In this document: positions 29,971-37,861 of the stretch, piece after piece
Layout of the letters: each line of letters begins with the position of its first letter
Position numbering within the stretch: the first letter of the stretch is position 1
NCBI GenBank assembly: GCA_041287865.1
Contig: JBGGMV010000066.1
Coordinates: 7,966 to 71,965, forward strand
Reading direction: 5' to 3'
DNA length: 64,000 nucleotides
Source: Alphaproteobacteria bacterium
GTDB lineage: Bacteria; Pseudomonadota; Alphaproteobacteria; Micavibrionales; UBA2020
Position numbers and translations under genes: made by a program
The notes under the pieces: model-generated
Seen by the model: the letters and a program-made list of their open reading frames with translations, nothing else
What the model was told of the DNA's origin: nothing
Database searches by the model: none

Positions 29971-30486
29971 TTAAGGTCTCGGCTGGCTGCCGGAGGGAGC
30001 CGGTGCCGGAGCGGGCGCCGTCTCGGCCGGCCCGCCGGCAACAGCGCCGGCAAAGGCCTCGGCCGCCGCGCCCTTGGCGGGCAGCTGCGCGCGTTGCGCC
30101 CTGTAAAGGTCCTGCGTTTCAGCCAGTTCGCGTTCTTTCTGGTCCAGCACGCTGTGATAACGGGCGGTCAGCTTGCCGTTGTCGATGTCGGCGTTGATAG
30201 CTTTCTGGGCGCGGTTGCCTTCCTTGACCATGGCGACGATGCTGGTGACCATGCTACCGGCAAAGCCGATCAGCAGGGGGATACCGACGGGGGGCGCCCA
30301 GACTGCGGCGAGAACGGACAGGATTAAAAAGACACCCGCATTCATTCCCGCCTTGCCGGCGATTTTGTCAGCCGTATCCATGACGGCGCGCGATGCCTTA
30401 AACACGGGGTGGGAGTTCGCTTCTTCGGCTTTGCGGTATTCGTCGAAGAAGGCTTCGTTGATGTCTTTTTTGAGTTGGTCGTCCAT
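29971..30486 (-). CDS. Hypothetical membrane protein
   Basis: Starts at MDDQLKKD after an AGAGGGA RBS. It has two central TM helices (GVFLILSVLAAVWAPPVGIPLLIGFAGSMVTSIVAMV) and an Ala/Pro-rich tail. Confidence 0.55.
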   Translation of the reverse strand: MDDQLKKDINEAFFDEYRKAEEANSHPVFKASRAVMDTADKIAGKAGMNAGVFLILSVLAAVWAPPVGIPLLIGFAGSMVTSIVAMVKEGNRAQKAINADIDNGKLTARYHSVLDQKERELAETQDLYRAQRAQLPAKGAAAEAFAGAVAGGPAETAPAPAPAPSGSQPRP

Positions 30487-30689
30487 TTTGAATGTCCCTC
30501 TGTCTTTATTATGAAAATTTGTATCAGTTATATGCGCCTTGTGCTTTGCTGTCAATTTTTAATAAAAAAATCTATAAATTACATATAGATAGAAGAATGA
30601 ATGTCTTCGGGAGGGAATCGCATTTGACATAATATTCCCAAAAATGATACCCTCATGCATTCATTTGCTTAACCCCAAAAGGGCCCTTC

Positions 30690-32105
30690 ATGGCGGAGAG
30701 CGACCAGACATCGACCGAAACCGCGCGTCTTCCGGCCGGCAGCCTTGTCGACAAGACGACGGGGAAGGTCCTCGGTCAAATATTGCTGGATAAACCGGAC
30801 AAAGGCCGCGCAGGTCGTCTCGCGCGCGCCGAGGCGGTCGCGCGTGTGGCGCGCCGCTGGCAGAGAGGGGATTTCCGCGCCTTCCAGCGCGGGCTTTCGC
30901 AGGCGCGCCGCGACAAGGACAAGGCCGCGCTGGAAAAGGCTTTCAACCTTGCCGCCGAAGTGCCGGTTTTCAAGGAAGCGCTCGACTGGGCGAAGGAAAA
31001 CGGCATCGAGTTCTTTGTCGACCGCACCTGCTCGAAATACGTGGGGGCCTATTACACCGGCACGACCGGCGTGATCGGCGTCAACCACCGCGCGCTGCAA
31101 AACCCGCAGCTGATGGCGATCTACCTGACGCATGAAATCCGCCACGCCTGGCAGGACGCGCATGGCATCATGGGCCATAGCATGAAACCCGATTATGCGG
31201 GCGAAGCGATCCGCACCGCGCTGGTCGAGGCCGACGCCATGGCCTTTGAAACCCTTGCCGCGCATCAGGCCGCGCGCGCCGTGCTGCAAAAACGGCAGGC
31301 TGAAAAAGGCCTGCCGCCCGACCTCGCCACCCGCCTGAAGCGCATGGAAAAGATGTGCGCCAATGCGGAAAGAGACCTCTGGCGCGGGTTTGAAACCTGG
31401 TTCCAGACGTCGCGTCCCTTCTTTTACTGCGAGGCGGTGGCGAAACGCGAGGCGACTGTGCTGGGGATAAGGGGCGAGGCGCCGAAAGACCACAAATATG
31501 AATTCAAGGCGATGATGATGCCGGGCGAGAAAACACGGCTGATCGATGTGACCGACGAGGCTGACTTCCAGAAGCTGGGCACGACTTTCTCGGGCGGCAA
31601 TTACCTGAACGAGAAGAAGCGCCGCGAATTCGTCAAGCATACCGTGAACAATCCGTCCCTTGCGCGCACCTTCTGGCGCGCGGGTGCGAAAACGCCGAAG
31701 CTCCTCACCGCGCTGCGTAAAAAAGAACTGCAGATGAAGCAGGACACGCCGCAACTGCATATCGACGCCACCGGCCAGCCGTCCGATATCCAGGCGCTGG
31801 CGAACCTGCTGGAAATAAAACTGAAAGCCCTGACGGAAGTGGAAAAGGTCGAGGCGGATAAACGCTCCAGCCTCATGCTTAATATGACGGTGACTTTCAA
31901 GAAAGGCATCGACCCCGTCACGGCCTTCCGCAACGCCGCCATCGCCCTCGACGGCCAGTGGGCGCATGTCGCGCCCTCGGTCATGAAGCTTTATATCGAG
32001 GGCATGAGCAAGACCATGTGGGGCGCGCGCGGGCGCCTTGAGCGCAACCCTTACCGCCCTCCCAATCGCACCCCCGGCCGCGTTATGCCTGCCGCAACCC
32101 CCTGA
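30690..32105 (+). CDS. Hypothetical protein with HExxH motif (possible zinc metallopeptidase-like)
   Basis: 471 aa with no signal peptide. The sequence LMAIYLTHEIRHAWQDAHG contains HEIRH, and an acidic residue run (EADAMAFE) follows about 40 aa later. Confidence 0.7.
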   Translation: MAESDQTSTETARLPAGSLVDKTTGKVLGQILLDKPDKGRAGRLARAEAVARVARRWQRGDFRAFQRGLSQARRDKDKAALEKAFNLAAEVPVFKEALDWAKENGIEFFVDRTCSKYVGAYYTGTTGVIGVNHRALQNPQLMAIYLTHEIRHAWQDAHGIMGHSMKPDYAGEAIRTALVEADAMAFETLAAHQAARAVLQKRQAEKGLPPDLATRLKRMEKMCANAERDLWRGFETWFQTSRPFFYCEAVAKREATVLGIRGEAPKDHKYEFKAMMMPGEKTRLIDVTDEADFQKLGTTFSGGNYLNEKKRREFVKHTVNNPSLARTFWRAGAKTPKLLTALRKKELQMKQDTPQLHIDATGQPSDIQALANLLEIKLKALTEVEKVEADKRSSLMLNMTVTFKKGIDPVTAFRNAAIALDGQWAHVAPSVMKLYIEGMSKTMWGARGRLERNPYRPPNRTPGRVMPAATP

Positions 32106-32174
32106 TATTGCGCCAAAACTGGCAAAGCCCCTGAAACTACTGGTTTTTTAATCTTTTTCCGCTATATTGAAGAT

Positions 32175-32536
32175 GTCCGGAGCAATCCGGACTATGACGA
32201 TAAACGCGCTATAAAATAGGCGAGACGGACCTGGGGGCGGTACCCAGCGGCTCCACCATTCTTCAAAAGGATTTGCGAAAGTTGTCTTCGCATCCGGTAT
32301 GGGGCCGAAATAGGATCGACGTGCGTAGTAAAGATGGTTGCTTTCGTCCGGCATTGTTCCGCCGTTATCGGGCTACTTTTATAAATGCTAACGACAACAT
32401 GCCCGCAAGGGCTGAACTCCGCCTCGTTGCTTAACAGCGACAACAGCGAAGTTGGCATTCAATTCCTAAGCTAGCAATAGCATAGGTGGGGCGTGGGGGC
32501 AGGCCTAGCAACAGAACTGCCCCCATTTTCTTTTTT
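32175..32536 (+). ncRNA. ssrA: Two-piece (circularly permuted) tmRNA; the 5' boundary is approximate
   Basis: The acceptor piece ends ...CTGGGGGCGGTACCCAGCGGCTCCACCA at 32258. The coding piece starts GGGGCCGAAATAGGATCGACG at 32301. GGGGCCG pairs with CGGCTCC, including the G3:U wobble. The tag ORF at 32387-32434 encodes ANDNMPARAELRLVA*. It ends in a hairpin at 32495-32524 plus a U-tract. Confidence 0.8.
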
Positions 32537-32563
32537 CAGTCCTTCCGAACGAGTTTTCATTTC

Positions 32564-33367
32564 ATGAGCACCCCCCAGAAACCAGCCGTAAAAATGCCGG
32601 TTCTGGTCAGGATTATTTTCTGGAAGGTTCACTCGCGGCAGATGGCCCTGACATGGGTACGGGTTCTCGGGGCCCTTGGCCTCGTCTGCGCTTTTTTCAG
32701 TTTGATGTCGCCCCTCAACGTTTATTTGTGGGTGCCTGCTATCTACTCTTTTGCCGCTGGGGCCCTGTGCTGGTGGTTATTGAAGTGGTTTGACAGGAAC
32801 GGCGTCTGGCCCTCTGCAACGCCGTCCAAAGGCCTGATAGCGGCGGTCTGGTGCATCCCGGCGCTGGCCGCGCTGGTGCTGGCGACTCTTGAGTTCTTTA
32901 TCGGGATCCATCACTTCTCGCACAACGGCATGTATCCCGGCCTGCCGGCAAAGAGCGTGATTTTTACCAATAAACGCGCCTATGCGGCGCCGTCAGACGT
33001 CAAGCGGGGGGATATCGTTTACTTTACCCTCGAAACAGAGGAAGAAACATTCAAGTTTATCTTGCGCGTCATCGGCCTTCCGGGCGAAACGGTGAAGAAT
33101 GCCGGCGAGGCGCTTTCCATCAACGGGCAGCCTGTCAAACGGAAACTGCTCCGCAAGGCTGACGATACAACAATCTTCCGCGAAAGCATTGGCGAGGCCT
33201 CCTATGAGGTGGCCTTCGATAAGACCCCGCCCCGCAAGCCACTCGATGTGACAATTACCGTGCCGGCTGACGCGTTCTTCGTCATGGCTGATAACCGTCT
33301 TAGCGCTTTTGACAGCCGGTGGTTTGGGACAGTTCCGTTCAGTGCAATCATCGGCAAGAAGTTTTGA
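32564..33367 (+). CDS. Signal peptidase I (S26) homolog with N-terminal multi-TM region, apparently lacking the catalytic Ser and Lys
   Basis: It retains S26 boxes (RGDIVYF, LRVIGLPGE, FVMADNRLSAFDSRWFG). The SM-PTL box reads NGMYPGL and the K of the (I)KR-GLPGD box reads L. I placed the start at ATG 32564 because track ORF 32486 overlaps the tmRNA terminator. Confidence 0.75.
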   Translation: MSTPQKPAVKMPVLVRIIFWKVHSRQMALTWVRVLGALGLVCAFFSLMSPLNVYLWVPAIYSFAAGALCWWLLKWFDRNGVWPSATPSKGLIAAVWCIPALAALVLATLEFFIGIHHFSHNGMYPGLPAKSVIFTNKRAYAAPSDVKRGDIVYFTLETEEETFKFILRVIGLPGETVKNAGEALSINGQPVKRKLLRKADDTTIFRESIGEASYEVAFDKTPPRKPLDVTITVPADAFFVMADNRLSAFDSRWFGTVPFSAIIGKKF

Positions 33368-33375
33368 GCGGACGC

Positions 33376-33404
33376 GGCGACGGCAGGGTCGCCCCGGTTT
33401 CTTT
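33376..33404 (+). terminator. Possible rho-independent terminator after the S26-like gene
   Basis: Stem ggcgac / gtcgcc with a 6-nt loop, then a T-rich run (ccggtttcttttcatttttt). Confidence 0.45.
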
Positions 33405-34445
33405 TCATTTTTTGGGCGTCAGCTTCAGCGGCTTTGAAACCTTCGCCGCCGTGTCCAGCGCCATGCGGAAATCGAGGTCGCCGTCCTTGTCGCAGAGCAG
33501 CCATGTCTGCCAGCCGCCGCTGCGGGCGTCTTTCGGCCTGACTTCCAAAGCGCCGTCGCTTTCCTTGCGCGTCACGAAATCGCCGGGGTGAACGACCTGG
33601 TAGATCGAGCCCGCGCCGGTGCCGAAGGTGTCGGCCGCCTGCCAGGCGCGGAAAGGGGTGGAGAGGGTATAGACGATATTTTTATCGCCCTCGGTCTCGA
33701 CGCGGGAAACGACGGTGCCGGAGCGGGGGCAGACCGCCCCTTGCGCGTATTCGGCGGCGGGCGATACATGCGAAAAGCTGATATCGGGCATGCGGCGGGG
33801 GTCGAGCGCATCGGCGGTTGTCATTTTATCGAGCATGCCCCTGCGGTCTTCCCAGACCACCAGCACCTGCCCTTCGGTGGCGACACCCTCGTGGTAGGAA
33901 GGTTTTCCTTCGTCGAAGCCCTGCCGCAGCGTATAGGCCTGCCCCGCCTTCAGCGGCACGACAAGGTAGCGGCTTTCGTCGCGGTAGTAGGAACAGTCGG
34001 AGAAATCGATGTCCATGAGCGGCATCAGGCGGGTCTCCGGCCTGCCCGGATAGTCGAGCGGCACCTGCTTGCTTTTGTCGGCGATCTGGTCGGGCACGAA
34101 GACCTGCCCGTCGGGAAAGGCGAAGGTCCACAGGCGCGGGAGGGCCTTGGTGACTTCCGTGGGCCTGTCGCCGCCGATGCCCGCATCGCGCAGCGCGCCG
34201 AACATCATCATGTCATGCGTCGACATCGTGACGCGGGGAAATTCGGAGAAACCGGGGTCGGTCTTTTTCATGCGCTTGACGAGGCTGGCCTCGAACAGCG
34301 CCAGCTGCTCGGGCGTGATCGCTGCGCCGTCGTGCTCGGCGGGCAGACGCTTCGCCCACCAGGCGGCCAGCGCCTGCAGGGCCGTGTCGGGCCACCAGCC
34401 CGATTTCGGCGCGGCCCTGCTGTTGAAAGCGTCGTTGCTGCTCAT
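33405..34445 (-). CDS. Hypothetical protein, tandem paralog Q1 (last of 4)
   Basis: 346 aa. It shares blocks with Q2-Q4 (ALAAWWAKRLP; IDFSDCSYYRDESRYLVVPLKAGQ; GQVLVV; PGDFVT). The C-terminus is KVSKPLKLTPKK. Confidence 0.75.
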   Translation of the reverse strand: MSSNDAFNSRAAPKSGWWPDTALQALAAWWAKRLPAEHDGAAITPEQLALFEASLVKRMKKTDPGFSEFPRVTMSTHDMMMFGALRDAGIGGDRPTEVTKALPRLWTFAFPDGQVFVPDQIADKSKQVPLDYPGRPETRLMPLMDIDFSDCSYYRDESRYLVVPLKAGQAYTLRQGFDEGKPSYHEGVATEGQVLVVWEDRRGMLDKMTTADALDPRRMPDISFSHVSPAAEYAQGAVCPRSGTVVSRVETEGDKNIVYTLSTPFRAWQAADTFGTGAGSIYQVVHPGDFVTRKESDGALEVRPKDARSGGWQTWLLCDKDGDLDFRMALDTAAKVSKPLKLTPKK

Positions 34446-35518
34446 GCGGGCGTTTTACCGGGAGTTAATTTCAAGGGCTTGCCGGCGGTGATCGGCTTGT
34501 CCAGCGCGTTCATCTCCAGCGTCTCGCCCCCGGGCGTGCAGGGGATGAAGCAGCTGAGGCCCCTTTCCATCGCGGCCTTGGGCAAGACGAAGTGCCGGTG
34601 GCCGCGGTCCATCTCCATCCGCGACACGAAGTCGCCGGGGTTGACGGTCTTGTAGTCGATGCTCCAGCCGGTGAGGAAGGTTTGCTTCGCCTCCAGCAGC
34701 TGCAGCGGGTGGGAAACCATGCGGTAGTGGCCCTTGTTGTCCAGTTTTTCCAGCGTGCCGTCGTAACCCTTGCCTTCCTTGTAGCTCGATTTCAGGCAGA
34801 CGGAGGCGGAGGTGACGTTCGGGTGAGACCGCAGGTCGAGCGCATCCGCCGCGGTCAGGCTGTCGTAGCCTTCCGTGCCTGCGGCATGGATGACCAGCAC
34901 GTCGTCTCCCTTTGCCTCCCGCTCCACGTAGGTCAGGGTGCCGTCTTTGGCGCGGCGCGGCAGCTGCACTTTCTGGCCGGCCTCCAGCTCGACAATCATC
35001 ATGCGGCTTTCCTGCCTGAACCAGAGCGCGCCGGTGAAATCGATATCGCCGTATTTGATAAAGGGCGTCGCGGGCTGCCCGCCATAGGCGAGGGGCTGGC
35101 CCGCGGCGAAAAGCTGCCCGTCGGTGTAAAGGCGCGTTTCCACGATGCTGGACTTCATCTCGTCATAGACATCGGGAATGCCCGCCCTTGCGCAGGCGTT
35201 TTTCAGCGGCGTCGAAGGGGCGCGGGTTGCGCCGGGCGGCTGGTTGTCGGCGTTGGTGACGTAAAGGCAGTTCGCAGGCGATTTGCTGGGCGGCACCTGT
35301 TTCAGCTCGTCCACCAGCGCCTCGGTAAAGGCCGCGCGCTGGGCAGGGGTGACGGTCGCGGTGATGATTTCTATCGACATGATGTCTGTTCCCACTCCCG
35401 TCTGGTATTCCTTGGGCAGTCTGTCCGTCCACCAGTTGGCGATCACGCGATACGTTTCTTCGGGCCACTTGAAGGCGTCGCTGGCGGCGTTGAACGCGGG
35501 GGTTTTTGTATCGGTCAT
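34442..35518 (-). CDS. Hypothetical protein, tandem paralog Q2
   Basis: 358 aa. Shared blocks are VIANWWTDRLP, IDFTGALWFRQESRMMIVELEAGQ and PGDFVS. The C-terminus is ITAGKPLKLTPGKTPA. It has a 4-nt ATGA overlap with Q1. Confidence 0.75.
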   Translation of the reverse strand: MTDTKTPAFNAASDAFKWPEETYRVIANWWTDRLPKEYQTGVGTDIMSIEIITATVTPAQRAAFTEALVDELKQVPPSKSPANCLYVTNADNQPPGATRAPSTPLKNACARAGIPDVYDEMKSSIVETRLYTDGQLFAAGQPLAYGGQPATPFIKYGDIDFTGALWFRQESRMMIVELEAGQKVQLPRRAKDGTLTYVEREAKGDDVLVIHAAGTEGYDSLTAADALDLRSHPNVTSASVCLKSSYKEGKGYDGTLEKLDNKGHYRMVSHPLQLLEAKQTFLTGWSIDYKTVNPGDFVSRMEMDRGHRHFVLPKAAMERGLSCFIPCTPGGETLEMNALDKPITAGKPLKLTPGKTPA

Positions 35519-36609
35519 GGGTTTTTGGCTCCGTTCATCTGTATCTGCAATGGCTTGCGGGTGGTGATGGGCTTGTCCAGCACGGTCGGGTCGATGAGTG
35601 TGCCGTCAGGCGTGCAGGGCTGCATGATGCGCCGGCCGTTTTCCGTCCAGCTTTTCGGGATGGCTTCGAACAAGTCGCCTTCTTTGGTCTGCAATTTCGA
35701 GACGAAATCGCCCGGCTGCAAGACGACATAGCCGTCCCGGCTGCGGGTGGCGAAGGCTTCGGTGACTTCCAGCATCTGCAGCGGGCCGGACAGTTTGCGG
35801 AACTGCCCCTTGTCGCCGACTTTTTCCAGCGTGCTGCCGGCGAGCGTGACGCCGTCGGAGAACGTGGCAGCATCCGCGATAAAGCAGTAGGGGATTTCGG
35901 GGTGGAGGTGCAGCCTGAACGCGTCCTCTGTCGTCAGCTTGTTGAAATCGGGGGTGTCGTTCGAGGGGATGACCAGCACCTTTCCCTCGCCCACACGCTC
36001 GGTTTCATAGACCCGCTTGCTGTCTTTCTCCCGCGCCAGCCTGCAGGTCTGGACCTTCTGCCCCGCATCGAGCGGTGCGACCAGGCAGCGGGTTTCCCGC
36101 CTGAACCAGCGGCAGCCGGTGAAATCGAGATCCTTCAGTTGCGTAAAGGTTGTGGCGGGCTGCGCCGCGTGCTCGATGCGGCCGTCGAGGTTGAAGATCT
36201 GCCCGTCGGCGTACAGCTGTGTCCACATGGTTTCAAGGCTGAAGAACGCGTCGAAGATGCCGGCTTTTTCAAGCGCGGCCTCCAGCGGCGCCGAATCCGC
36301 CCTGCCGCCGGGCGCATCGTGCGCGATGCAGTTGCTGTTGCTGACATAGATGAATTCGTTGCCGTAGCGGCCGGTGCGCAGGGGAACGGTTTTCAGCTCC
36401 TGCACAAAGGCGTCCTTGAAGGCGGCGAGATGCGCGGCGGTGACCTCGACCTTGACGGCTTTCTGGCCGACATCGTCGTCGCGGTCGTCGACAATGGTGA
36501 AGCTGGAGGGCAGCCGCCCTGCCCAGAATTCCGCCAGCGCGCGGGCGCTGGCGTCGCTCCACTGGGGCGGTCCGGCGTCGCTGGCGGCGTTGAAGGCGGC
36601 GGTTTTCAT
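35515..36609 (-). CDS. Hypothetical protein, tandem paralog Q3
   Basis: 364 aa. Shared blocks are ALAEFWAGRLP, LDFTGCRWFRRETRCLVAPLDAGQ and PGDFVS. The C-terminus is ITTRKPLQIQMNGAKNP. It has a 4-nt overlap with Q2. Confidence 0.75.
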   Translation of the reverse strand: MKTAAFNAASDAGPPQWSDASARALAEFWAGRLPSSFTIVDDRDDDVGQKAVKVEVTAAHLAAFKDAFVQELKTVPLRTGRYGNEFIYVSNSNCIAHDAPGGRADSAPLEAALEKAGIFDAFFSLETMWTQLYADGQIFNLDGRIEHAAQPATTFTQLKDLDFTGCRWFRRETRCLVAPLDAGQKVQTCRLAREKDSKRVYETERVGEGKVLVIPSNDTPDFNKLTTEDAFRLHLHPEIPYCFIADAATFSDGVTLAGSTLEKVGDKGQFRKLSGPLQMLEVTEAFATRSRDGYVVLQPGDFVSKLQTKEGDLFEAIPKSWTENGRRIMQPCTPDGTLIDPTVLDKPITTRKPLQIQMNGAKNP

Positions 36610-37715
36610 GCGGGCTGCCCCGGACGGTTGATTTTAAGGGGCTTCAGCGCGGTGATATCCTCGCCGGTCGTGGTGGGGTCGATCAAATTGCCTTTGTCGT
36701 CGGAGGCCAGCCAGCGGCGGGCGCCTTCCTTCAGCCATTCTTTTTTCACGACTTCGTGCCGCGCCTGTCCGTTCTCGACCGTGCAGGTCAGGAAGTCGCC
36801 GGGGGAGACGATCTGGTAACTGCGCCCGTCGCCGACGAAGAAAGGCGCCACCGCCGCCTTGGCGCGGAACGGCTTGCCGAGCGAGCGGTAATGGCCGGCG
36901 TCGCCGACCTTCTCGAACTTCTGGCCGAACTTGCCTTCGGGATTGGTGTAATCCGATTTCGGGTCGGTCATCGCGAAGGTGATATCGGGGTTCTTGCTCT
37001 GGTCGAAAAGATGCCGGCCGACGACGATATCGTCGAAATTCTTCGCGCCGGATTCAAAGATCACCAGCACCTGGCCTTCCTTGTCGACCGTTTCCTCGCG
37101 GTATTCCATCTTGCCCCAGCGCATCATGCCGGTGACGATCTTCTGCCCGACGGGAATATCGACCAGCAGGTAGCGGCTTTCGTCGCGGTACCAGTTGCAG
37201 CCCTTGAAATCGAGCTCGGCCGCGCCGGCCTGCGGGATTTTCGGGCGGTCGGGATGGTCGATGACCTTGCCCTCGGCGAAGGCCTGCCCGTCCTCGAACA
37301 GCGTGGTCGATGTTTTCCACGGCAGGGTGATCATGCCGTCGCCGATTCCCGCCGCCTTGAGCGCATTGGCCAGCGCCTCGCAGGGGTGGTAGTCGGTATT
37401 CAGCTTGATGCATTGCTGCTGCACATAGGTGCCACGTTCGCGCGGCGCCTGTTTCATTTCGCCGATCAGGGCTTCGACGAAGGCGTCATACTGCTCCTGC
37501 GTCACCTGAATTTTCAGCCGGTGTTTTTCCTTCATCGCCGTCACCTGCGCCACTTGGGCGCTGCCGCCGATATTGTCGAGTTCCTGTTTCGGAATGCCCA
37601 GCTGCTTCGCGCCCGGCAGGTGGTCGGCCCACCAGGTGGCGAGCGCACGGTAGCTGCCGTCGCTCCACTTCACGGGCGTGCTTTCCTCGTTGAATTGCTG
37701 GATTATTTCAGCCAT
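36606..37715 (-). CDS. Hypothetical protein, tandem paralog Q4 (first of 4)
   Basis: 369 aa. Shared blocks are ALATWWADHLP, LDFKGCNWYRDESRYLLVDIPVGQ and PGDFLT. The C-terminus is ITALKPLKINRPGQPA. It has a 4-nt overlap with Q3. Confidence 0.75.
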   Translation of the reverse strand: MAEIIQQFNEESTPVKWSDGSYRALATWWADHLPGAKQLGIPKQELDNIGGSAQVAQVTAMKEKHRLKIQVTQEQYDAFVEALIGEMKQAPRERGTYVQQQCIKLNTDYHPCEALANALKAAGIGDGMITLPWKTSTTLFEDGQAFAEGKVIDHPDRPKIPQAGAAELDFKGCNWYRDESRYLLVDIPVGQKIVTGMMRWGKMEYREETVDKEGQVLVIFESGAKNFDDIVVGRHLFDQSKNPDITFAMTDPKSDYTNPEGKFGQKFEKVGDAGHYRSLGKPFRAKAAVAPFFVGDGRSYQIVSPGDFLTCTVENGQARHEVVKKEWLKEGARRWLASDDKGNLIDPTTTGEDITALKPLKINRPGQPA

Positions 37716-37803
37716 TCGTTCCCCTTAAAAACTGCCCTCATTATAGTATCTTATGGTTAATATGGAGTTATCTCCCCGAAGCCCTTGTTTCCAGAGGATT
37801 TTA

Positions 37804-37832
37804 TTGACATAACCGCACCCTGCCGATAGTCT
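37804..37832 (+). promoter_or_regulatory. Sigma70-like promoter candidate for the 37862 gene
   Basis: TTGACA at 37804-37809, a 17-nt spacer, then TAGTCT at 37827-37832. An AAGGAGAG RBS lies just before ATG 37862. Confidence 0.35.
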
Positions 37833-37861
37833 GCCGTCCGTACATATAAAGGAGAGCAAAG

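Noticed and set aside
32148-32458. Minus-strand ORFs 32148-32354 (68 aa) and 32192-32458 (88 aa) from the ORF track.
   Set aside because: They lie antisense to what reads as a tmRNA gene (acceptor stem, ACCA end, ANDN... tag frame and terminator). They have no RBS and an odd composition, so I treat them as spurious.
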